Below, one piece after another: positions 1-8,542 of a stretch of 15,192 bases of DNA. Below the pieces are notes generated by a model, which worked only from the letters and a program-made list of their open reading frames with translations, did not search any database and was not told where the DNA came from. Origin of the DNA: Salpingoeca rosetta (lineage: Eukaryota; Protista; Choanoflagellata); contig JAWQFM010000020.1 of NCBI GenBank assembly GCA_033442325.1, positions 1,197,861 through 1,213,052 of the forward strand, written 5' to 3'. Position 1 is the first letter of the stretch, and the number at the start of each line of letters is the position of its first letter. The position numbers and the translations under genes are program-made.

Positions 1-518
1 GCTTTCCAGACGATGTGAAGAAGTCCTCGTTGTCCCTGGCGCACGCCTGCGTCCTGCAACTGCTGCTGCAGCTCCATGTGTCGCTCGAAGAAGCGGGCGA
101 GGTTGCCGCAGGGGACGTGAAGCTGCGCCTCCTTGAGCTCTGCGATGCGGAGGCGGTCCTGCGAAGCGTAGTGGTCCTTGAGCCGGGCCCATCCTTGGCC
201 GGCGTTGACGTCTGCTTCTCCGTTGGTGAAGAGGAGAAGGGGGTAGCCTGAGAGCGTGGACGCGATGAGGTTTGCAGCGGTGAGGTTGGCGTGATCTCCT
301 GCTGTCGGTCTCCTTGCACTTGAGCGTGTCGCTGAACTTGGACCTCCCGATGACGATGCTCCTGCCTCCACAGCTGCCCAGACGTCGTCGCCGCGCAGCT
401 TGAGCGCCATCTTCATGCGAATGCTCCACGCATGAAAGGTGCCGGGCGAGCCAGAGAACTTGGGCAGGTCCATCTTGAATCCTGGCGTGGAAACGACGTG
501 GTCCGACGGGTCAGACAT
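1..518 (-). CDS. gag: copia Gag N-terminus (3'-partial, runs off the window; absent from the ORF track)
   Basis: Manual translation from ATG 518: MSDPSDHVVSTPGFKMDLPKFSGSPGTFHAWSIRMKMALKLRGDDVWAAV...GWARLKDHYASQDRLRIAELKE... This fits the copia Gag pattern (PKF.G..F..W..RM...L...VW; W..LK..Y), with no stop before the window edge. Confidence 0.85.
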   Translation of the reverse strand, partial: MSDPSDHVVSTPGFKMDLPKFSGSPGTFHAWSIRMKMALKLRGDDVWAAVEAGASSSGGPSSATRSSARRPTAGDHANLTAANLIASTLSGYPLLLFTNGEADVNAGQGWARLKDHYASQDRLRIAELKEAQLHVPCGNLARFFERHMELQQQLQDAGVRQGQRGLLHIVWK

Positions 519-626
519 ACTGCACGCTCAAGAAAGGTGATGGAGAAACAAGAGAGGGGAACAAGCAGAAGGGAGAGAAGAAGCACAAGCGAGTGTGAGA
601 CAAGTGGCGATGATGATCAGGAGTGG

Positions 627-641
627 CTGGGTCTCATAATC
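627..641 (-). promoter_or_regulatory. Primer-binding site GATTATGAGACCCAG, complementary to a tRNA-Met anticodon arm (half-tRNA type)
   Basis: Directly follows the LTR end (...TTTCTACA). Its complement CTGGGT-CTCATAA-TC contains a CAT anticodon loop. Same layout as the Drosophila copia and Ty5 PBSs (GGTTATG...). Confidence 0.8.
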
Positions 642-1191
642 TGTAGAAACACGACAGGTGGTGTGTGTGTGTTTACTGTAGGCAAACGCAACAAACAAGA
701 ACACAAGGAGAATGAACAAGCACAACAAGCTGCTGCCAAATCAACTCGGGCAGCACGCTCAAACGAATACAAGACAAGTGCACACACAGTCAACAGAGCT
801 GCCAAGCCGACATGGGCAGAGAGTGCACGAACACAAACAATCTAAACAACGACCAGCATGCATACATGCGCGCAGAGCAATGCTAGGCATGGCATGAATG
901 CTTGCAGGCAAGCATACACAACAGACAACACTTCACAACACTGCATGGCACGCACACATGGCATTTGCCAAGCATGGCGAGCATGCACACACACATGGCA
1001 CACAACTCACGTGTGTAGGGGAAGCAGGAGAGGAGAGGCAGTTGGCACACATGCATGCCAGCAGAGAGGAAGGGATGTTTGCCAACGGAAAAAACCACAA
1101 AGCAGGTGTTGTTGGCAAACAAGACAAAACCACATGAGAAGGCAAATTAGGAAGGACTCAACACAAAACAGAAACTCACTCACTCTCAACA
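642..1191 (-). repeat. Complete family-A LTR (550 bp, TGTTGAGAG...TTTCTACA on the minus strand), 5' LTR of copy 1
   Basis: TG...CA termini. Near-identical segments at ~4025-4138 plus 8447-8542, 12149-12367 and, inverted, 13246-14670. Confidence 0.92.
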
Positions 1192-1192
1192 G

Positions 1193-3345
1193 CCGGCCTA
1201 CGTGCATGTGGAGAAGAGCAGCACGCGGCACAAGCTTGACCCACGCTCACGCGTTGGCGTCTACGTCGGCTTCGCCAAGGAGGACCAGGCCCACGTCGTC
1301 TGGATGCCGGACACGCGACGCGTTGTCCACACCATCCACGCTCGCTTCGGCGCCATCAAGAACAAGCACGCCGCCTCCTCTCAGCAGCAGCAAGAGCAGA
1401 ACAGCGGTGCCTCTGCTTCGCATGCCAACAAGACCGCTCAGCGTTCGACCGAGGACAGTGCCACCGGCGCTCCCCCTGCACCACGTGCGGGGGAGCCGCA
1501 GCTCCAGCCACGCGCCCTTGGCGGCTCCGTCTGGGACCAGCTGCTGTGTCCGANNNNNNNNNNNNNNNNNNNNNNNNNNNNNNNNNNNNNNNNNNNNNNN
1601 NNNNNNNNNNNNNNNNNNNNNNNNNNNNNNNNNNNNNNNNNNNNNNNNNNNNNNNNNNNNNNNNNNNNNNNNNNNNNNNNNNNNNNNNNNNNNNNNNNNN
1701 NNNNNNNNNNNNNNNNNNNNNNNNNNNNNNNNNNNNNNNNNNNNNNNNNNNNNNNNNNNNNNNNNNNNNNNNNNNNNNNNNNNNNNNNNNNNNNNNNNNN
1801 NNNNNNNNNNNNNNNNNNNNNNNNNNNNNNNNNNNNNNNNNNNNNNNNNNNNNNNNNNNNNNNNNNNNNNNNNNNNNNNNNNNNNNNNNNNNNNNNNNNN
1901 NNNNNNNNNNNNNNNNNNNNNNNNNNNNNNNNNNNNNNNNNNNNNNNNNNNNNNNNNNNNNNNNNNNNNNNNNNNNNNNNNNNNNNNNNNNNNNNNNNNN
2001 NNNNNNNNNNNNNNNNNNNNNNNNNNNNNNNNNNNNNNNNNNNNNNNNNNNNNNNNNNNNNNNNNNNNNNNNNNNNNNNNNNNNNNNNNNNNNNNNNNNN
2101 NNNNNNNNNNNNNNNNNNNNNNNNNNNNNNNNNNNNNNNNNNNNNNNNNNNNNNNNNNNNNNNNNNNNNNNNNNNNNNNNNNNNNNNNNNNNNNNNNNNN
2201 NNNNNNNNNNNNNNNNNNNNNNNNNNNNNNNNNNNNNNNNNNNNNNNNNNNNNNNNNNNNNNNNNNNNNNNNNNNNNNNNNNNNNNNNNNNNNTCTACGT
2301 GGACGACCTCCTCATCTTCGCCGACAGCGACAGCGACATGGCCGCGTTCAAGAAGGCCATCTCCAAGCGCTTCAAGATGAAGGACCTGGGCAGCCCAGAC
2401 ATTTGTCTCGGCATCAAGGTGCAGCACGACCGCAAGGCCAGGACCGTCACCATGAGCCAGGAGCACTACCTGCGCAGCGTGCTGGAGACCTTCGGCATGG
2501 CTGACTGCAAGCCTGTCGGCACGCCGCTCTGCACGGGCTACGTCGACAAGCCAGCCGACAAGGAGGAGCCACTGCCGGACGTGCCGTTCCGCGAGCTGCT
2601 TGGCTCCCTCCTCTATGCTGCGACGATGACGCGCCCAGACATCTCGGCGGCTGTCTCCATCCTGTCTCGCCGTATGCAGCACTTCGGCATGGACCACTGG
2701 AAGGCTGCCAAGCACCTTCTTCGCTACATCAAGGGCACCTTGTCCTACACCATCAAGTACGCCGCCACTGGCGACACCAGCAACGGCAGCACTGCCGACG
2801 GCGTACTCTCAGCGTACTCGGATGCGTCGTTCGCCTCCGACGTTGACACGCGACGTTCCCGCACGGGCTTCGTCGTCTTCTGTTCCACGGGCCCCGTGTC
2901 CTGGAACTCCAAGCTGCAGGCCACCGTGGCCACAGCCTCCGCCGACGCGGAGTACATGGCTCTCGCAGCCACTGCACAGGAACTCATGTTCCTTCGCCAA
3001 CTCCAGGAGGAGCTCACCGGCGCCGTCCTGTGCGAGCCCACGCTCGTCCACACGGACAACCAGCCGGCGCAGCGCGTTGCCGAACACGCCGCCTCGCGCA
3101 TGCGGCACATCCTCGTCAAGTACCACTACATCCGCGAGTGCGTCGACACCAAGAGGATTGTGCTGAGCTACCTCGCCACGGAGCACATGATCGCAGATCT
3201 CCTCACGAAGATCCTCCCTCGGCCCAAGACGGCTCAGTTCTGCACGATGCTGTTCGACCAGCGTCCTCTGCCAGGCTGCCAGCCACGGGCCCGTCCTCAT
3301 TCGGGCCGGTCGCCACGTCCTTCGACTCCGCGTCAGGACCTCTGA
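1193..3345 (+). CDS. pol: copia Pol of family B (5'-partial, spans gap 1554-2293): integrase C-terminal domain, reverse transcriptase, RNase H
   Basis: Before the gap: PAYVHVEKSSTRHKLDPRSRVGVYVGF...VWMPDTRRVV (copia IN C-terminus). After the gap: YVDDLL, MKDLG, LGSLLYAATMTRPDIS, HWKAAKHLLRYIKGT, YSDASF, SRTG, AEYMAL, TDNQ, ADLLTK; stop at 3343-3345. Frame across the gap is unknown. Confidence 0.92.
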
Positions 3346-3560
3346 GTGGCCGCGCACCACAGGACACGCCTTCACTCGGGCCAGCCTTCCACAACAGGCT
3401 GCGCACCACAGGCACCAACCATTTTCTTAAACGTGTTCCACAACACACGTCCTTACTCGCATCTCACCTACATCCGCCCATGCCATTCCTACATGCATGA
3501 CATCATCCACATGCTCATCACGTTTCAGAACATCAACGCAGCAGAGAGGTAGGTCAATGC

Positions 3561-3567
3561 GGGGGAG
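3561..3567 (+). promoter_or_regulatory. Polypurine tract of family B element
   Basis: GGGGGAG directly before the TGTTG LTR start; same core as the family-A PPT. Confidence 0.8.
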
Positions 3568-3770
3568 TGTTGACAGGCAAGTCCTGTCTGCTGAGTCATC
3601 ATTGACCTCCCTTCTTTACGACACCACAAATTTACATTCACCTCTCTTGTGTTCTGGAATGTTCACGTGATTTCCCTCCAACCTGTTGCACGTGCAGTGT
3701 TTTCCTTGTGTGGTTGCTCGATGTTACATGTTCTTGCATAACACACCACATAACCACACAACTCTCAACA
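3568..3770 (+). repeat. 3' LTR of family B (about 203 bp; alternative end at 3991)
   Basis: Starts TGTTGACAG after the PPT. CTCTCAACA at 3762-3770 is an 8/9 inverted match. No second copy in the window confirms the right end. Confidence 0.65.
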
Positions 3771-3921
3771 AACACTGCCACGTCACCACTTTGCGTTGTC
3801 GACAATTCTTGTCTTCTGCTCTGTTTCTTTCTGTTGGAGTGTTCATTCATCCTACATCCTTGTTTGCTTCACAACTCAAGTAAACACACACAACTCTCTC
3901 TTGCCAAGACAATCTCCCACA

Positions 3922-3936
3922 CAACACACAGCACAC

Positions 3937-3980
<44 letters not shown>
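3922..3980. repeat. (CA)n microsatellite
   Basis: Direct observation. Confidence 0.9.
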
Positions 3981-3981
<1 letters not shown>

Positions 3982-4024
3982 GTCTCCAACAACAGCACCA
4001 CCAGCATGAACTTGCAACAACATA

Positions 4025-4138
4025 CACACAAACACATGGCACACAACTCACGTGTGTAGGGGAAGGAGGAGAGGAGAGGCAGTTGGCACACATGCATGCC
4101 AGCAGAGAGGAAGGAATGTTTGCCAACGGAAAAACCAC
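4025..4138 (-). repeat. Family-A LTR fragment: continuation of the copy-2 3' LTR beyond the Harbinger insertion, truncated at about 4025
   Basis: Matches ~985-1098 of LTR 642-1191 and joins 8447 onward seamlessly once the Harbinger and one CAC are removed. Confidence 0.88.
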
Positions 4139-4177
4139 AGAGAGTTTTTACAAACGGCATTGCCGGTGAAATTGCCG
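4139..4177 (+). repeat. Left terminal inverted repeat of the Harbinger element
   Basis: Imperfect inverted match to 8409-8446. Confidence 0.88.
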
Positions 4178-4253
4178 ATCAACCCCCATTTTTGCTGACT
4201 CAGACGTGCCGCTTCGTCAAACGCTTCGGCAACGGCACGATTGACCACTAATC

Positions 4254-5918
4254 ATGNNNNNNNNNNNNNNNNNNNNNNNNNNNNNNNNNNNNNNNNNNNN
4301 NNNNNNNNNNNNNNNNNNNNNNNNNNNNNNNNNNNNNNNNNNNNNNNNNNNNNNNNNNNNNNNNNNNNNNNNNNNNNNNNNNNNNNNNNNNNNNNNNNNN
4401 NNNNNNNNNNNNNNNNNNNNNNNNNNNNNNNNNNNNNNNNNNNNNNNNNNNNNNNNNNNNNNNNNNNNNNNNNNNNNNNNNNNNNNNNNNNNNNNNNNNN
4501 NNNNNNNNNNNNNNNNNNNNNNNNACAGCAGCAGCCACAGCAGCAGCCACAGCAGCAGCCACAGCAGCAGCCACAACAACAGCAGCAGCAGCAGCCACAA
4601 CAACAGCAGCAGCAGCAACAGCAGCAGCAACAACACGCAGCATACGAGGAGGCCTGTCGCGATAGCGGGCTCACAACCCGTAGTCCCCTACCACCATCTC
4701 CTACACAACAACAAGGTACATCGTCCACTTCGCCAGTCGAGCGACACCGCCTCTCAGCACGGGTCACTTGGACGGACGAGTTCAAGGTATGTGCCTGTGT
4801 GTGCCTGTGTGTGTGTGTTGTTTGTTTGTGTGTGCATCGGTGTCTGTGTCTGTGTCTGTGTGTGTCTGTGCGTGTCTGTCTGCGTGTGCGTCTGTGCGTG
4901 TCTGTGTGTGCCTGTGTGTGTATGTGTGTGCCTGTGTGTGCATATTCGCCTCAGTGAAGCTCATTTGGCTTGCACTGTTGGGTGTGAACATGTCATTCTG
5001 CAAACACATAGGCCGACGTCATCAACATTGCAATTGCTGAAGGAGTACCTCAAAGAGAGGGTCGTTATGGCGTGGGAGAACTATGGGCCAACACAACCAA
5101 TCGCTTTGTCCGGCAGCTGCAGGACGAGGGTGATGTTGATTTTATGCGAGCAGTGACTGTTAGGAAGGTTCGACGGATTGTGCAGGAGGTGATCAGCATC
5201 GTCCGCGACTACCTGAAGAAGAAGCCATCAACAGGTACGGTCTTCTGTAGGCTGTGCTTGCCTGCTTTCTTGCCACCTCCTTTGCATCTCTGATCTACGT
5301 ACAACCTTGCCAATCTTGACGCACTCAATCACTGTCAACAATGTGTGTCATTTGCTGTCTGCTTGCAGGGACCGCAAACACACCTCCGTTTGGTGAAGGC
5401 GTCATGCAGGCCGCAACACTGTTCATCGAGCAGGCAAGTGCGGCCCCCTCCAAATCGGCAACGACGCTCGCACGCGAGCAGCGCCAAGCAGAAGAGCAAG
5501 AGATGATCGACGCGGCCATGCAGTCTGGCAGGATCGCTGAGTCGGTGGATGACGTGCCAACACCCAAGAAACCCAAGAAGAACCATCGATCCAAGTCAAT
5601 CGACGACACGCAGGTATTTCATCGGGCACTTGACGCGCTCCTTGAGGATCGCAAGCGCGCAAGGGAACAGCAAGAGAGGTAAGCATGTTCTCGTTGTCAT
5701 TGTATCCGTGGTGTCTGTTCGATGGGTGCTTGCAATTACATTGCGGCGTTTGTAGAGCATTGTTACAACCTGCTATTGAGTCACATAGCCGCCCCGTGCG
5801 TCTTTCTTGATGGCGTTTGCATGACAGACAGACCGAAGCTTGGCTTGCGATTGCCAAACTGGTCACCGACAGGCTTTTGCCGCCGCCATCACCTTCGGGC
5901 GAAGAGAGAACACCATAA
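4254..5918 (+). CDS. Harbinger accessory protein with poly-Q N-terminus and Myb/SANT (trihelix)-like domain. Predicted exons: 4254?-4786 (spans gap), 5012-5234, 5369-5678, 5828-5918
   Basis: Three phase-compatible GT-AG introns give ...RVTWTDEFK|ADVINIAIAEGV...GELWANTTNRF...VTVRKVRRIVQEVISIVRDYLKKKPST|GTANT...PKKPKKNHR...RKRAREQQE|RQTEAWLAIAKLVTDRLLPPPSPSGEERTP*. Trp spacing, a basic NLS-like patch and a coiled-coil-like tail fit the Harbinger second ORF. The start ATG (4254) abuts the gap and is uncertain. Confidence 0.72.
4525..4633 (+). repeat. CAG/CAA/CCA repeat encoding (QQQP)n / poly-Q
   Basis: Direct observation; in frame with the accessory-gene exon. Confidence 0.85.
4789..4940. repeat. 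Degenerate (TG)n microsatellite within accessory-gene intron (4787-5011)
   Basis: Direct observation; follows the AAG|GTATGT donor. Confidence 0.85.
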
Positions 5919-6188
5919 GGCTTCCGCATCATCTAGCGACCGCTGTCCTGCTGTGTGTCTTCAACTCTCATTTTACGTGCTTGTGTGTTTGTGAAGCGTG
6001 TGTGCCTTGTCAGCCGTTTCACGCCCATTCGTGTGCGCGTGAGCATGTGCGTGAGTGTGTGTGTGTGTGTGTGTCTGTGATCGGCAGTTCATCTGTGCGT
6101 GTTTAATACACCATTTGCATGCAGAGCTAATCGACATCACACACTGCGTTCATATAGAAGCGACAAACAAAGACAGAGGTGGCCATGA

Positions 6189-8328
6189 TCACACATACTC
6201 TTCAAGCTCAGGGGGATCCAGACCCGTGAAGTCAGACGTCTCACACCCGTACAAACAGGTGTGACAATTGCAGAGTAAACACGCGACAAGGCATAGTTTA
6301 CCGACAGGTTGCCACAGCACCTTGAGGTTCTTGCCGAAGTCAAGGAACGCAAAGATTGTGAAGAGCTTGCCAAAGCCCCATTCCACACTGCATCAGATGT
6401 AAGCAAGTATGCATGTTTTTGTCAGTCGTTGAACGAATGGCACGAGAGCATAACAATAGGAGGCTCTGGAGTTCACCACGCACACACACGCTCTCACACA
6501 CGCAAGACAACACACGCGAGCACACACACAAACACGCGCACACACACCTTTGCCGAAACTTTGACATCAAGTAGTTGTGCCGTCGCTAAAGTCGCCCACC
6601 ACACATGGATAGGTGCAGACGCGAGAGTAATTGAGTATGCAAACACAGCGTTCGGTGGCTGTGCGAGGTGGATACGTTGTCTTGGTTCGATTGCAGCCAG
6701 TAAGGATGTAAGTGAAGGTGGTGTATGTGTGCACGTTTTGTGCACATCATCGGGCCTCACCTTTGCACTTCCTGTGGGCGGCTGTCGGAAAGGCCGTCGA
6801 AGCCTGGGGCCCCAGGGATACGCACCGTCCCCATAAAGCATATAGCCATCGGGGACATCTGCAGGCGGGAGCAAAGGCAATACAATGGGATGGACAGTTC
6901 AAAGGTCGTTGATCGCACATCCGCCAACCTCACTAGCAAGTTGCTATGATACAAGCAGCCTCTGACAACGTGACAACGTACCAAGTCTGTTGATGTGTCC
7001 CTCCACGCGGGACTCATGGTACATCCTGGCGTCGTGGTGAGTCCCTGGGAACGGTCCAAAGAAACTCGCCATCAGTCCACAGGGGGTCATGACCCCCTGG
7101 AACTTGATGGCGTGCGTCCGTTTGTAACCTGTATAGAGGATATCCTCAAAGATAACAGGACGACAAACAGACTTCACGGTCCCGTCAATGAAACCGAAGA
7201 AGTGGGGAGGTGCTGGGCAGCCCTAGTGGGGGGGGGGGTGAGCTTGCATTAGCAAACACGCACACACACACGCACGCACACACACAGACGCACACAGACG
7301 CACAGATATACACACATACGCACACGCACACGCACACACGCATGCACACACACATACGCACACGCACACACACACGCATGCACACACACACGCACACACG
7401 CATGCACACACACATACGCATGCACACACACATACGCATGCACACACACATACGCACACGCACACACACACACGCACACACACACACACGCACGCATGCA
7501 CACACGCATGCACACACACACACACGCATGCACACAGACACAGGCATACACAGACACACGCATGCACACAGACACACGCATGCACACAGACACACGCATG
7601 CACACACACGCACTAACCTTTCGTTCCAAGGTGTCAGCATACAGCTTGCACCGCTCCTTGGACAGCATAGTTTCATCAAACGCAATCTGTACCAAACAAA
7701 CACAAGGTGGCCAAGTAAGACCAGAGCAGTTCAATACAGACATGCATGACGTGCAAGGCCAGGAACAGCACACCTTGTTCTTGTATCGCGCGAAGAGGTC
7801 ATCCAGGACGCAGTTGATAACACTTGAGATCTTTGCTTCACTCCATGCCACAAGCGCAATCTGAATCTCCACGAGCCGACAAGGGTATGCCAGTCTGTAG
7901 AGTAACAGTGCCAGCGCCTCCACGCCACGGGCCCTGATGCCACACACGACATTCCCATCAGCGATCAACCCTTGAACAACCAAGTGCACAATTAAGCCCC
8001 ATCAGCTACGACTAATCCGTATCGGTGTACCATTTGCATACCTGTATCCATGGCGAGTAACGTACGTGTCTGGGATGCGAAGTGCATCCGCCAACCGAAG
8101 CATATCGTCCACAGTATTGACGCGGAACAAGCGGTAGAATGCCCCAGGGTCAATGCGACGCAGATCAAGCCTCGCCCCCGGGTCACACCTCACACGTGGG
8201 GGCCGTTTACACAGTGACAGGAGTCGCGCAACTAAGACCAATGCCATGTCAACCCTCGAAGACAGCATAGCAAGCATCAACAAGCGCCTGAGGTACCGCC
8301 TTTGGCGCCAAGACGAAGACCGAGGCAT
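6189..8328 (-). CDS. PIF/Harbinger DDE transposase (DDE_Tnp_4 / HARBI1-like), about 363 aa, 7 exons: 8328-8042, 7933-7774, 7686-7618, 7222-6982, 6858-6761, 6585-6548, 6387-6189
   Basis: Six phase-compatible GT-AG introns give a 1092-nt ORF with [25 protein letters not shown] (D), [30 protein letters not shown] (D), [16 protein letters not shown] (E) and C-terminal PPELEEYV*. Confidence 0.9.
7256..7612. repeat. Compound CA-rich micro/minisatellite filling transposase intron 3 (7223-7617)
   Basis: Repeated cacacgcatgcacaca-type units between the AAG|GTTAGT donor and the CTAG acceptor on the minus strand. Confidence 0.9.
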
Positions 8329-8408
8329 CCCGCGCGCCCATGACAAACCAACGGCAAAGCCGTCGTAAAAGTCAAACTCCGCCACCTTCGCCGAACCACA
8401 AACCACAC

Positions 8409-8446
8409 CGTCAATTTTCCTGCATTGCCGCTTGTAAAATCTCTCT
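8409..8446 (-). repeat. Right terminal inverted repeat of the Harbinger element
   Basis: Imperfect inverted match to 4139-4177, followed by the CAC duplication. Confidence 0.88.
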
Positions 8447-8542
8447 CACAAAGCAGGTGTTGTTGGCAAACAAGACAAAACCACACGCGAAGGCAAATTA
8501 GGAAGGACTCAACACAAAACAGAAACTCACTGACTCTCAACA
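8447..8542 (-). repeat. First 96 bp of the family-A 3' LTR (copy 2)
   Basis: Matches 1096-1191 and is preceded by the PPT. Confidence 0.9.

Larger units (their letters stand above)
1..1191 (-). mobile_element. Ty1/copia LTR retrotransposon family A, copy 1 (5' part: 5' LTR, PBS, leader, gag; continues beyond the left window edge)
   Basis: On the minus strand: LTR (1191-642), tRNA-Met-like PBS (641-627), ~110-bp pyrimidine-rich leader, then a gag-like ORF from ATG 518. The same LTR borders copia pol at 8542 and 13246. Confidence 0.9.
1192..3770 (+). mobile_element. Ty1/copia LTR retrotransposon family B, 3' part (integrase C-terminus, RT, RNase H, PPT, 3' LTR), interrupted at 1191/1192 by family-A copy 1
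   Basis: IN-RT-RH domain order. Protein and LTR clearly differ from family A. PPT GGGGGAG is followed by TGTTGA. Confidence 0.88.
4139..8446. mobile_element. Full-length two-gene PIF/Harbinger-type DNA transposon
   Basis: Imperfect TIRs: left AGAGAGTTTTTACAAACGGCATTGCCGGTGAAATTGCCG; right (reverse complement) AGAGAGATTTTACAAGCGGCAATGCAGGAAAATTGACG. CAC is duplicated at 4136-4138 and 8447-8449 relative to the empty LTR site aaaacCACaaagc. Encodes a DDE transposase and a convergent accessory gene. Confidence 0.93.

Noticed and set aside
625-645. tRNA-Met gene
   Set aside because: Only an anticodon-arm-length match with no D arm, T arm or acceptor stem; explained as a PBS.
858-2715. Long ORFs spanning N-gaps (858-2504, 1438-2715, and similar at other gaps)
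   Set aside because: Their length is an artefact of N runs lacking stop codons.
3346-3552. Extra (env-like) ORF after family-B pol
   Set aside because: Only 68 codons with a non-ATG start and no transmembrane or other motif; treated as 3' spacer.
7185-7749. His/Thr-rich and Cys/Val-rich ORFs
   Set aside because: Translations of the intronic CA/TG microsatellite.
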